Source: a virus
Lineage: Duplodnaviria; Caudoviricetes
Length of the DNA stretch: 55,352 nucleotides
IMG/VR virus record: IMGVR_UViG_3300015360_002570
Coordinates: 1 to 55,352 of that record
Strand: one strand, 5' to 3'
Positions 8,939 to 17,197 of the stretch are shown here, one piece after another (positions within the stretch are counted from its first letter, which is position 1; each line of letters begins with the position of its first letter). The notes under the pieces were generated by a model. It ran no database searches. It saw nothing but the letters and a program-made list of their open reading frames with translations, and was not told the origin of the DNA. A program made the translations under genes and the position numbers.

Positions 8939-9240
8939 GGGAGGGGCTCCAGGGAGAAGGGGCAGATGGAGGAGACAAGGGGGCAGGGAGGGGGTGGGGG
9001 GAAGCCCGCGGCCAGGGCGATGGAGGGGGGGATCAGGGAGAAGGGGTAGAGGGTGATGTTGATGATGGAACAGGTGGGAGGGAAGGGGGGCGGGAGAGAG
9101 GTGGAGAGGCAGAGCCAGGGAAGCTCAATAGCCTCGATGCGCCAAAGGTGGGCGTGGAACGGAGGGGTGTAGAGGGAGAGGTAGTCCCCGACGCGGAGAG
9201 AATCGAGGGGGGGACGGGGTGGGAAGGGTGTGGGAGCCAA
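8935..9240 (-). CDS. Hypothetical protein
   Basis: ATG start; stop overlaps the next ATG. Confidence 0.5.
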   Translation of the reverse strand: MAPTPFPPRPPLDSLRVGDYLSLYTPPFHAHLWRIEAIELPWLCLSTSLPPPFPPTCSIINITLYPFSLIPPSIALAAGFPPPPPCPLVSSICPFSLEPLP

Positions 9241-9425
9241 GGCAGCCTTTTGACGTGGGGGTGGCCCGCTTCAGCGATGAGGAGGGCGAGGGATTCAAGG
9301 TTGGCCACAAGTGTAGGTGGAGTAGAGGAGGAGCCTTCGAGGTAGAGGGGGGTCAAGAGGGCGGAGATGGCGGTGAGGAGGAGCTGGCAGTCGCAAGGGG
9401 GAAGGGTGAAGGAGATGGACGGCAT
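9033..9425 (-). CDS. Hypothetical protein
   Basis: GGAG SD and ATG at 9425 (MPSISFTLPPCD...); 3' tail overlaps the next gene. Confidence 0.5.
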   Translation of the reverse strand: MPSISFTLPPCDCQLLLTAISALLTPLYLEGSSSTPPTLVANLESLALLIAEAGHPHVKRLPWLPHPSHPVPPSILSASGTTSPSTPLRSTPTFGASRLLSFPGSASPPLSRPPSLPPVPSSTSPSTPSP

Positions 9426-9459
9426 GGTTGCTCCGTGATGGGAGAGGGGGGGGGGAGGG

Positions 9460-9855
9460 TCAAATTTCAATCCCGGCACGGGCTGCGAGAACCCGCGCCG
9501 TTTCTTCAAACCCGAACCAGGCTAACAGGTTTTGGTTGACAACATCAAGCGCGAATGGATCGTCGGTGTCCCAACGCTCGGCCCCGAAGAGTTGGGCCGG
9601 GCTGTCTGCGCTGGTCGATTTCATTTGCTCCGAGACCAGTGCGCAGATTTCGCGTCGGTGGCGTTTGTAGAACGGCACACTATCTTGTGTGTAGATGAGG
9701 TGGGAGACGATCCCGGATTCCCACCCGTGCTGCAAATCTTTCAGGAGGCCGGGTAACCCTGTGGTTTTGTAGTATTTGGCTTTTCTGTTCAGCGAGCGCG
9801 CTACGGCGCGTTCAAGGGGGGTCTGTGGGGTGAGTTTTTGGGCGGGTGCGTTCAT
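9460..9855 (-). CDS. Phage protein, DUF7222-like
   Basis: LKDLQHGWESGIVSHLIY..FY..H..EI and NLLAWFGFEETAR resemble this family as recalled; AAGGA SD. Confidence 0.65.
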   Translation of the reverse strand: MNAPAQKLTPQTPLERAVARSLNRKAKYYKTTGLPGLLKDLQHGWESGIVSHLIYTQDSVPFYKRHRREICALVSEQMKSTSADSPAQLFGAERWDTDDPFALDVVNQNLLAWFGFEETARVLAARAGIEI

Positions 9856-9926
9856 CGTTTATCCTTTTCTGCGTTGCGAACAATCCGACAAGCCCACCCG
9901 CCTGCGCAGGTCAGTCGCACAGCCGT

Positions 9927-10157
9927 CTACCAACCAACTTCTTTGCTGAGTTGTGAGTTCCACCCGCCGTATTTTTTCCAGGCCTCCTCGAACTGTGCGT
10001 GCAGTGCGGACCCTCGGATGAACACAGGATGTCCCGGCGGTGCGAAGCGGTACAACCGGGCGAGATCAGTGTGGGAAGCCTTTGACAGCCGCGCAGACCA
10101 CATCGTATCTTGCTCCACTGTGGCCTTGGCATCAGTGTCATCGGCATTGTGTGTCAT
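9927..10157 (-). CDS. Hypothetical protein
   Basis: GAAGGA SD; RFAPPGHPVF..GGWNSQLSKEVGW. Confidence 0.75.
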   Translation of the reverse strand: MTHNADDTDAKATVEQDTMWSARLSKASHTDLARLYRFAPPGHPVFIRGSALHAQFEEAWKKYGGWNSQLSKEVGW

Positions 10158-10204
10158 TGTTGATCCTTCTCCCGGCGTTGCCGGGTATTTTTTCGACCGT
10201 TGAC

Positions 10205-10537
10205 CTACAGACCAACCTGTTTCGCGATGGCCGCGACCGCGTGGCCGTCCCAGTCATCCAATAAGTGCCGTCCCTCTACCGCACAACCCTTGAGCAGGGC
10301 GTCGAACACGCTCATGTCGTGGTTGTAACTGGTCTGTCGCAGTGAAGAGAGGGTGTCATCTGGCATGAGCGTGCAGGCGACGCCATGCCTCCACCGCACG
10401 GCTCCTCCGCAGAGCGACTCCTGGCCCGCGAATGCGTCACAAATGAGGTGCCGTTTGCCTTGGTACTCAATAATCGCGTTGCACCCCACGAAGTCGTAGT
10501 CGCGGGTGACGGTTTCTTTTTCGATCAGTGTTGCCAT
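10205..10537 (-). CDS. Hypothetical protein
   Basis: ATG at 10537 behind a conserved leader with GGAGA. Confidence 0.7.
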   Translation of the reverse strand: MATLIEKETVTRDYDFVGCNAIIEYQGKRHLICDAFAGQESLCGGAVRWRHGVACTLMPDDTLSSLRQTSYNHDMSVFDALLKGCAVEGRHLLDDWDGHAVAAIAKQVGL

Positions 10538-10636
10538 TTGCGGGACTTCTCCCGGCGTTGCCGGGTCTGTCAAACTACCCCTGTGTACGCTGGGGGCTTG
10601 CGTTGCGAACATTTCGAGAAGCCCCCCCCCCTGCTT

Positions 10637-11239
10637 TCATGGGGTCGGGTCTTTGGGGTCTTTGGGGGCCTTGGGAGCGTTGAAGGTGAACCCAGCGGTA
10701 GTGATGTCAGGCACTTTGGCGGCTTCGGTGGCTTCGGCGTCGGTTTCGCCCAGAAAATAATATGAGTAGCGGTCGGACACCCGCTTCTTGTTAAGTTCGT
10801 CGGCGTACTCCATCGCTTCATCTTCATAGCCATACCCATAATGGGAGACCGCGTCTTTCGCTTCAATGGCCCACCAACCACCGTGGTCTGGATGAGAGGG
10901 GGAAGTGAGAGAGGGGTAGAGGGCCTCTCGGGCGGCGTCGATATCCGCGATGATGCTTGCGGCGATACTCGCAGCAAGCATCGTTTCCCAGCGGGCATTC
11001 GCAGGCTTGTTTGCGGCGATGGCGGCGAGGGCGGTCGCCGCGCTAAACACCGTTTCCCAGCGGGCTTTCACCGACTTGTACACGGCGATGGCGGCGATGG
11101 CGGCGTCGATCTCGGCTGTCACCGTAGCGGCCTCGGGCATGATGCTCTCGGCGACGATACTACAGGGCCTGGCTTTGACGAGCAGGGCGGTAAGCTGTAC
11201 GTATGTCGGCGAGGTGGAGGGGTCTGGCTGTGCGTTCAT
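10637..11239 (-). CDS. Ala-rich hypothetical protein with ARWET repeat
   Basis: 200 aa; leader and first codons shared with 9460..9855. Confidence 0.75.
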   Translation of the reverse strand: MNAQPDPSTSPTYVQLTALLVKARPCSIVAESIMPEAATVTAEIDAAIAAIAVYKSVKARWETVFSAATALAAIAANKPANARWETMLAASIAASIIADIDAAREALYPSLTSPSHPDHGGWWAIEAKDAVSHYGYGYEDEAMEYADELNKKRVSDRYSYYFLGETDAEATEAAKVPDITTAGFTFNAPKAPKDPKDPTP

Positions 11240-11311
11240 CGTTTATCCCTTAAGGTGTTGTGAACATTCCGAGAAGCTCTGCCCACGCTGGTAAGCGGGG
11301 AGCGGGGTGAG

Positions 11312-12568
11312 TCATTTTTCTACCAACTGTCCGGCAACACATCGGTACCATGTATCTGCTTTAACCCCGTTCTCCCCGATGTATCCGACCACGCCGCGGT
11401 ATCGTTTTTCCGCCGCGACCCACTCTGTGACGAAAATACATCCCAGCGGCCCGGCCTTGACCCAAGTTTCACATCCACAAGCGGCGGCAATACCAGAGGT
11501 GCCGCTGCTCGACGCTGAGCTGTAGTCGCCGCTGCTCGACGCCGAGCTGCAAGCGCCGCTACTCGACGCCGAGCTTGAGTCTCCGACACTCGACGCTTTG
11601 CTGGAGATGCCGATACTCGATGCCGAGCTTGAGTCTCCGATGCTCGCGGCTTTGCCGAAGGCGCCGCCGCTCGCCGCCGTGCTGAATTTGCCGATACTCG
11701 CCGCCGAGCTGAATGTGCCGATACTCGCCGTTTTGGTGTAGTCGCCGCTGCTCCCGGCTTTGCTGGAGTCGCCGCTGCTTGAACTTTTGCTGAAGTCTCC
11801 GCTGCTCGTGGCTCTGCTGGAGGTCCCGCTGCTCGCCGCTAAGCTGGAGGCCCCACTGCTTGTTGCTTTGCTGGAGTCGCCGCTACTCACGGCTGAGCTG
11901 TATGTGCCGCTACTTGTCGCTTTGCTGGAGGCTCCGGTATTTGTTGCTGAGCTGTAGTCGCCCGATGCGATCTTTTTGTCGTTTGGCTGCGGATATCCCG
12001 AATCAAACACGATTCTCGTGATCGCCTCGGCCATGTTGTCGTAGACGGCTACTACGTTGCATCTTGGAAATTTCACCTTGCCGTCAAGGTCAATGCAGGT
12101 GGCAGGGTCAACTTCACAAACGAGCCACTTTGCGTCCCTCTCTTTAGAGAGATGTGCGCTACTGCCGTTGGCCCACAGCAGGCCGTGCAATCCGTTTCCG
12201 CAGATTGGCTTTGAGCCCCAGACGGGCGCGGAAACCTCACCGCTTGTGGGCCATTGAAAGCCCCCGTAGCTTTGCATGTTTTTATCGCACGTGCGAAGCA
12301 CGAGAGCAACCGCTGCTTTCGCCGGGGGTGGGGGTGCGGCGGCGATGTCCGCGGCGGTGGCGGCGGCGACAAGGGCATCGCTGGCCGCAGCCTCCGCGGC
12401 ATATGCCGCTTTCAATGTGGCGGCGGCGGCGTAAGTGGCTCTGGAATCGGCATTGGCCGCAGCGACAAGAGCAGCCGCCGCGGCATAGGCCGCTGCCTCG
12501 GCACGGGCTGCGACATTGGCCGCGTCATTGGCGGCGGCGACAAGGGCGGCGGCGTTGTTGTGTGTCAT
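11312..12568 (-). CDS. DUF7666-like domain plus 11-aa Ser/Gly/Ala repeat protein
   Basis: VLRTCDKNMQSYGGFQW..ICGNGLHGLLW..GKVKFPRCNV, then SGDxSxAxSxG repeats and a GENGVKADTWY C-terminus. Confidence 0.8.
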   Translation of the reverse strand: MTHNNAAALVAAANDAANVAARAEAAAYAAAAALVAAANADSRATYAAAATLKAAYAAEAAASDALVAAATAADIAAAPPPPAKAAVALVLRTCDKNMQSYGGFQWPTSGEVSAPVWGSKPICGNGLHGLLWANGSSAHLSKERDAKWLVCEVDPATCIDLDGKVKFPRCNVVAVYDNMAEAITRIVFDSGYPQPNDKKIASGDYSSATNTGASSKATSSGTYSSAVSSGDSSKATSSGASSLAASSGTSSRATSSGDFSKSSSSGDSSKAGSSGDYTKTASIGTFSSAASIGKFSTAASGGAFGKAASIGDSSSASSIGISSKASSVGDSSSASSSGACSSASSSGDYSSASSSGTSGIAAACGCETWVKAGPLGCIFVTEWVAAEKRYRGVVGYIGENGVKADTWYRCVAGQLVEK

Positions 12569-12687
12569 GTGATGTCCTTCTCCCGATTGTCGGGTCTTTG
12601 TGAAACACCCCCTGTGTACGCTGGGGGTTTGCGTTGTCTGCGATTTCGAGAAGCCCGGCCCACGCTGGTAAGCGAGGGCAGGGTGAT

Positions 12688-13419
12688 TCATTTCTCTACC
12701 AACTGTCCGGCAACACATCGGTACCATGTATCTTCTTTCACGCCGTTTTCGCCGACGTGCCCAACCACGCCGCGGTATCGGTTTTCTGCGGCGATCCACT
12801 CGGTGGCGAAAATGCAGCCCAGCGGCCCGGCCTTGACCCACGAGTCACTCCCACAAGCCGCAGCAATACCAGAGGCACCGCTACTTGAAGCAGTGCAGGA
12901 GGCGCCGATGCTTGTTGCTGAGCTTGAGTCTCCGACACTTGCCGCTAAGCTTGAGTCTCCAACACTTGAAGCTTTGCTGGAGATGCCGATACTCGATGCC
13001 GAGCTGGATTCGCCGATGCTCGACGCCGAGCTGGAGAGGCCGTTGCTTGACGCTGTGCTGGATTCGCCACTACTTGAAGACTTGCTGGAGGTGCCGCTGC
13101 TCGATGCCGAGCTGAAGTCTCCGATACTCGAAGATGAGCTGGAGAGGCCGATACTTGAAGATGTGCTGGAGAGGCCGACACTTGAAGCTGAGCTGGAGGT
13201 GCCGCTGCTCGATGCCGAGCTTGAGATGCCGCTACTTGCGGCTTTGCCGAAGAGGCCGATACTCGACGCCTTGCTGGAGGCCCCGGTACTCGACGCCGTG
13301 CTGAAGTCTCCGACACTCGAAGATGTGCTGAAGTCTCCGATACTCGTGGCGGCGATGCTCTTTTCCCACTTGGCCTTGGCATTAGTGGCGTTGGCAGCGG
13401 CGGCGTTGTTGAGTGTCAT
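12688..13419 (-). CDS. Paralog of 11312..12568 with only the 11-aa repeats and C-terminal cap
   Basis: AAGGAG SD; 33-nt repeat units; C-terminus near identical to the neighbour (GENGVKEDTWYRCVAGQLVEK). Confidence 0.8.
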   Translation of the reverse strand: MTLNNAAAANATNAKAKWEKSIAATSIGDFSTSSSVGDFSTASSTGASSKASSIGLFGKAASSGISSSASSSGTSSSASSVGLSSTSSSIGLSSSSSSIGDFSSASSSGTSSKSSSSGESSTASSNGLSSSASSIGESSSASSIGISSKASSVGDSSLAASVGDSSSATSIGASCTASSSGASGIAAACGSDSWVKAGPLGCIFATEWIAAENRYRGVVGHVGENGVKEDTWYRCVAGQLVEK

Positions 13420-13474
13420 GTGTACTCCTTCTTTCGGCGGGGCCGGTGGGGGGGCGGCGTGGGAGGGTGTTGGT

Positions 13475-13843
13475 CTAGACCACTTTGCTTTCGGCGATGG
13501 CCTCGGCGGCTGCGGCGTCCTCGTACGTGACCCTGGCATTGTCCTTGTCGGCAGCCTTGGTCTTGGTGTAGGCCGCGTCCAAGACCAAGGCCGCAGCCAA
13601 TGCCTCGGCGGCGGCGGCGGCGCGGGGGGAGTCGGGGTTCTGGAGGAGGAGGTCGAGCTGGGAGGAGAGAGTGAAGTGGGCGTGGTGAGCGCGGTCGAGT
13701 TCGGCGTGGAGGACGGCGTTGGTGTCGAGGACGAAGTTGGCCAGGCGCGTGGTGATCCGAGACGATTCGAGGAGGGTCTGGAGGAAGGCGTGGAGTTCGT
13801 TGAAGCGGTCTTCCCAGGTGGGGGCGGGCGGAGAGTCGGGCAT
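13475..13843 (-). CDS. Hypothetical helical protein
   Basis: GAGG SD, ATG at 13843 (MPDSPPAPTWEDRF...). Confidence 0.65.
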   Translation of the reverse strand: MPDSPPAPTWEDRFNELHAFLQTLLESSRITTRLANFVLDTNAVLHAELDRAHHAHFTLSSQLDLLLQNPDSPRAAAAAEALAAALVLDAAYTKTKAADKDNARVTYEDAAAAEAIAESKVV

Positions 13844-13977
13844 GTGGGGCCTCGGGGGTGGAAGGGGGGTGGAAAGAGGAGGAGGAAGCGGCCCAAAAGG
13901 GAGGGAGGTAGGGGCAGGAAGGGGCGGGAAACAGGTAGGAAAGGGGGACAGGGGAGAAAGCGAGTAACTGGGACGGG

Positions 13978-14013
13978 AAAAAAGGACCGACATCCGGTTA
14001 GGGATGGCGGTCC
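13978..14013 (-). terminator. Rho-independent terminator
   Basis: GGACCG..CATCC/GGATG..CGGTCC stem followed by T6 on the minus strand, after 14035..14844. Confidence 0.7.
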
Positions 14014-14034
14014 AAGAGTCAAATGGTAGAGGGA

Positions 14035-14844
14035 TTAGGTGGAGGGGGCGGGGATGGTGCCGAGGGCGATGTCCTCGGTGGTGGGGGCGCGGTCGGTGAT
14101 GCGGAAGGGGATGTCGGAGGCGGCCAAGGCACGGTAGCCGTTCATTACGGCTACGGCACCTGGAGTGACGGCGTCGGCTTCAGCGGGCGTGGTGGAGGGG
14201 TGGGCGGTGATGGTGCGGCGGAGGAACTCTCCGCGGCGGTCGATTCGGTCCTGGATGGAGGTGGGGTCGGCGAGATCGCCTGTGGTCAGGTCCATCGCTG
14301 CGTTGATGAAGCACATGCCCGAGAGGGAGATCAGCCGCTTTTCGCCCGTGACGGGGTTGGTGACCCAATGCTCGGCATACGAGTTGTTCACGAATGTCCG
14401 TCCCACGACGAGGTTGGCGATGGGCTTGCCCTCCCTCGTGGTGATGGCCTGAAAAGGCCGTGCCTTGTCGGGAACGACCATTGGAAAGAGAACGACTGGA
14501 ATGAAAGCCACTGGCCCGTCGAAGGCCGTGGCGCCGTCCATCGAAGCCTTCAATTGCGAGGCGAGCGACTCGATGGAGCGGGCGACGATGATGTCCATGC
14601 CGCCGTCTCCGGGGAGACATGTGGCGTTGTTGCCCAGTCCAATGGTGGTCTGGATACATCCATCGGCGAGATCTCGGGCCCGAAGGGCGGCTGTGGCGCC
14701 GGATGCTTCGCGGCGGGCCGCGAGAACCTCGGCTTCGAGACTCTCGAAGCGGCGAAGGCGGGCCATCATTTCTGTGGAGACGCCGGAGCCCAAGAGGGCG
14801 GCGAACTCATCGGTGGTGGTGGTGGAGGGGGAGACGGTTGACAT
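14035..14844 (-). CDS. Hypothetical protein
   Basis: 269 aa, AGGAG SD, followed by a terminator. Confidence 0.8.
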   Translation of the reverse strand: MSTVSPSTTTTDEFAALLGSGVSTEMMARLRRFESLEAEVLAARREASGATAALRARDLADGCIQTTIGLGNNATCLPGDGGMDIIVARSIESLASQLKASMDGATAFDGPVAFIPVVLFPMVVPDKARPFQAITTREGKPIANLVVGRTFVNNSYAEHWVTNPVTGEKRLISLSGMCFINAAMDLTTGDLADPTSIQDRIDRRGEFLRRTITAHPSTTPAEADAVTPGAVAVMNGYRALAASDIPFRITDRAPTTEDIALGTIPAPST

Positions 14845-15086
14845 GGAGGAAACTCCTGAAAAGAAGGAAAGGAGGAAGAAATAAAGATGATGAGGGGTGG
14901 GGTGCCCGGACGCCCTGCGGCGGGCACCCCACCACGGAAGATCAGTGGGAAGAGGAGGGAGAAGGAGGGGAAGTGGCAGGTGTCATGGGGGCCTTTCTGA
15001 AAAAGTAAATGAACAGGTGAGAAAGCGAAGAGAAGAAAGCGAAGAGAAGAAAGCGAAGAGAGGGAGGGGTGGGTAACTGGGACGGG

Positions 15087-15125
15087 AAAAAAAGGTGGCC
15101 GCCCGCATGAAGCGGGGCGGCCACC
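15087..15125 (-). terminator. Rho-independent terminator
   Basis: GGTGGCCGCCC/GGGCGGCCACC 11-bp stem plus T7 on the minus strand. Confidence 0.8.
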
Positions 15126-15140
15126 GACACAGGGAAGGGG

Positions 15141-15707
15141 TTAGAGGGGGCGGGGACGGACGAGACGGGAGACGGGGTCGGCGGTGAAGTCAGTTTCTGA
15201 GTAGATGGTGGGAGGAGTAGAGGGGGCTTCCATCTCGGCGGCGTAGGTGCCGTTGATGACGGCGGGAGGGATGACAACGGAGTGTCCGGGGACTGCTGTG
15301 CGTGTGGAGAGGACGGCGGCGGCTACCACCTCGGTGGGGACGGGGACGGGAGAGGTGATGCCGGTGTTGGCTTCGCGGCGGGCTTGGGCGAGGAGGGCGT
15401 TCTCGGCGGAGGCGGGGCCGATCTGCCGGAGGTTGCAAGAGGCTAAGAGGGCGGAGATCGCCACTGCGACCACATCGCGGGGTTTTCCGTCTAAAATCAT
15501 CCCGATGATGGCACGGGCCCGGCGATGGGCTTCGGGCCGGAAGGCCGTGGGGACGTAGTAGGAGACTCGGTCCGAGGGTGAGACCCCGTGGTCGATGATG
15601 GCCATGTTGGCGTCCCCCTGAACGAAGAGAGCGAACTGGGCCGCGTGGCGGGTGGGTTGGAGAGGGGCCGAGCGAAGAATTGAAGAGGGGATGGGTGAGG
15701 TTGACAT
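15141..15707 (-). CDS. Hypothetical protein (alternative in-frame start 15809)
   Basis: ATG at 15707 after an AAAGG leader; followed by a terminator. Confidence 0.7.
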   Translation of the reverse strand: MSTSPIPSSILRSAPLQPTRHAAQFALFVQGDANMAIIDHGVSPSDRVSYYVPTAFRPEAHRRARAIIGMILDGKPRDVVAVAISALLASCNLRQIGPASAENALLAQARREANTGITSPVPVPTEVVAAAVLSTRTAVPGHSVVIPPAVINGTYAAEMEAPSTPPTIYSETDFTADPVSRLVRPRPL

Positions 15708-15846
15708 GGAGCAAGCCTTTCGGGAAAGAGGAAAGAGGGTGGTCTTCAAGTAACTGAACAGGAGACCGGAACGAAGGACACCAGAGCGGAGAAGTGAAGA
15801 GGGAGACATGGAGCAAGCCTTTCGGTAAGAGGGAAGAGAGAGAGGG

Positions 15847-16029
15847 TTAGAGGTTCTTGCGGGCGGGGGGGACTGGGGGAAGGGCATCGGCACTGATAAT
15901 GAGGACAAGGGCAGCCGCCGCTGCGGCAAAGGCATCGACCGCCGCACAGCGGACCTCCAACGCGGCTGCTGCTTTGGCGGCAGTGGCAAGGTAGTTGGCT
16001 TTAGCGGCGTCGATTTGTGTCTGTGTCAT
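15847..16029 (-). CDS. Small Ala-rich hypothetical protein
   Basis: 60 aa; preceded by the conserved GTTCATTTAC leader. Confidence 0.6.
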   Translation of the reverse strand: MTQTQIDAAKANYLATAAKAAAALEVRCAAVDAFAAAAAALVLIISADALPPVPPARKNL

Positions 16030-16121
16030 GGTGAGTCTTTCTTAAGAAGTAAATGAACGGAAGGAAGGACGCGAAGACGGTGCATCCGGTGTCCCGAGAT
16101 GCACGGCAGAGGGAGGGTGGG

Positions 16122-16463
16122 TTAGGCGTGTTGGTGGTCGGGGACAACGGCGGCCTGGATGTGGTTGTTTATCCACCGGGCAATGTGGTCACAGTGGCAG
16201 TTGGCGGGCTTGCACCAACAGCCCAAGCGGAGGGGAGCGTCGAAGGCCCGGTTGTAGAGCAGACGGAGTGCCAGGGCTTGCATGTCGAGTGCGGCTGGTG
16301 TGGTGCCCGTGAACCACAGTCCGAACATCTCAGCGCACTCACCGGCGGGGGCGTCACGACCGACAACGAATGGGTTTCCCAGTCCGAGGCCGATGTGCTG
16401 GCCCGATGATCGTCCGCCGTATACGTCGTATGGGGAAACGCGAAGATTGACAACGATTACCAT
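16122..16463 (-). CDS. DUF4326 domain protein
   Basis: VVNLR..YDVYGGR..LGNPF..LGCWCKP..CHCDHIA; AAGGA SD. Confidence 0.85.
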   Translation of the reverse strand: MVIVVNLRVSPYDVYGGRSSGQHIGLGLGNPFVVGRDAPAGECAEMFGLWFTGTTPAALDMQALALRLLYNRAFDAPLRLGCWCKPANCHCDHIARWINNHIQAAVVPDHQHA

Positions 16464-16975
16464 ATAACACGATCCTTTCTTAAAAGTAAATGAACCTGAG
16501 AGCGATACAAAGCAGGCACGACACGGGTGGGGGCGGGCGAGCGGGTTAGAGGGGGTTGCGGAGAGAGTGGACTCTTCTGAGGTATGCGAATGCGGACATG
16601 CGGAGTTTCTGTTTTCTTTCTTAAAAATAAATGAACCAAAGTCTACACGCAAATCTTATCGGACCAGTACCCTTTCCGATCCAGGACCGTACGGGGGTAA
16701 CATTATGGGACGGGGCTCGGCACCTGGCTCATCTGGCACAGGCTGGCACAGGCCCGTTATCGGGCTTTGGCGTCATGCTTTCGTTCAGTGTGTTTCCGGC
16801 TTCTGTACGAGTCACGCTCAACGGCTGATTTTGGGTCAGTCTTTGGGGTTCGTAGGAGGCTTGGCCCCCACTTGGGTTTCGTCTGTTATTGTATAAACAC
16901 CGTCCGCTTACAAAAATCGGTGCCATTCCGACGTTCGTGCCCCGTACGGTACCCAGCACCCTTCTGTGCCACTTC

Positions 16976-17190
16976 TGAGCCCGATACCCTGGCTCAACTT
17001 GGGCCGTCATTTACCGCTTTTTCTGCTCACTGAGCCATATGAGCCAAGACCCTTCTCTAAATAAAGTAAAGTTGTTATTGTATATATAGATAGGAAGTCA
17101 ACCTAGGCTCACTCGTCTCACTCTTCCCGCTCCCTCCTTTTTCCGCCTCCTCCCCCTAACCCGAACACCCCTCCCCGATGGGAGAGGGGG
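16976..17190. other. Putative replication origin (TGAGCC/GGCTCA hexamers flanking an AT-rich core)
   Basis: Non-coding; directly downstream of the helicase; TATATATA core; strand skew flips here. Confidence 0.55.
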
Positions 17191-17197
17191 GGTCCCA

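Larger units (their letters stand above)
14993..16636 (-). promoter_or_regulatory. Repeated early-gene leader GTTCATTTA(C/T)TT..AGAAAG (14993, 16037, 16475, 16616; degenerate at 15744)
   Basis: Four near-identical AT-rich 21-22-mers, three directly upstream of an ATG. Confidence 0.65.

Noticed and set aside
11312-12880. Near-identical 3' ends as a DGR template/variable repeat pair
   Set aside because: Differences are mostly synonymous and not adenine-specific, both copies are coding, and no reverse transcriptase was seen.
9853-13419. CRISPR array or integron attC cassettes
   Set aside because: Repeats are degenerate leaders or in-frame 33-nt coding units with no constant repeat-spacer period; no cas or integrase gene.
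12254-14029. Long antisense or off-frame ORFs (e.g. 12254..14029 +, 22853..24433 -, 4220..5245 +, 6473..7498 -)
   Set aside because: They are shadows of GC-rich, strongly codon-biased genes, with low-complexity products and no start signals.
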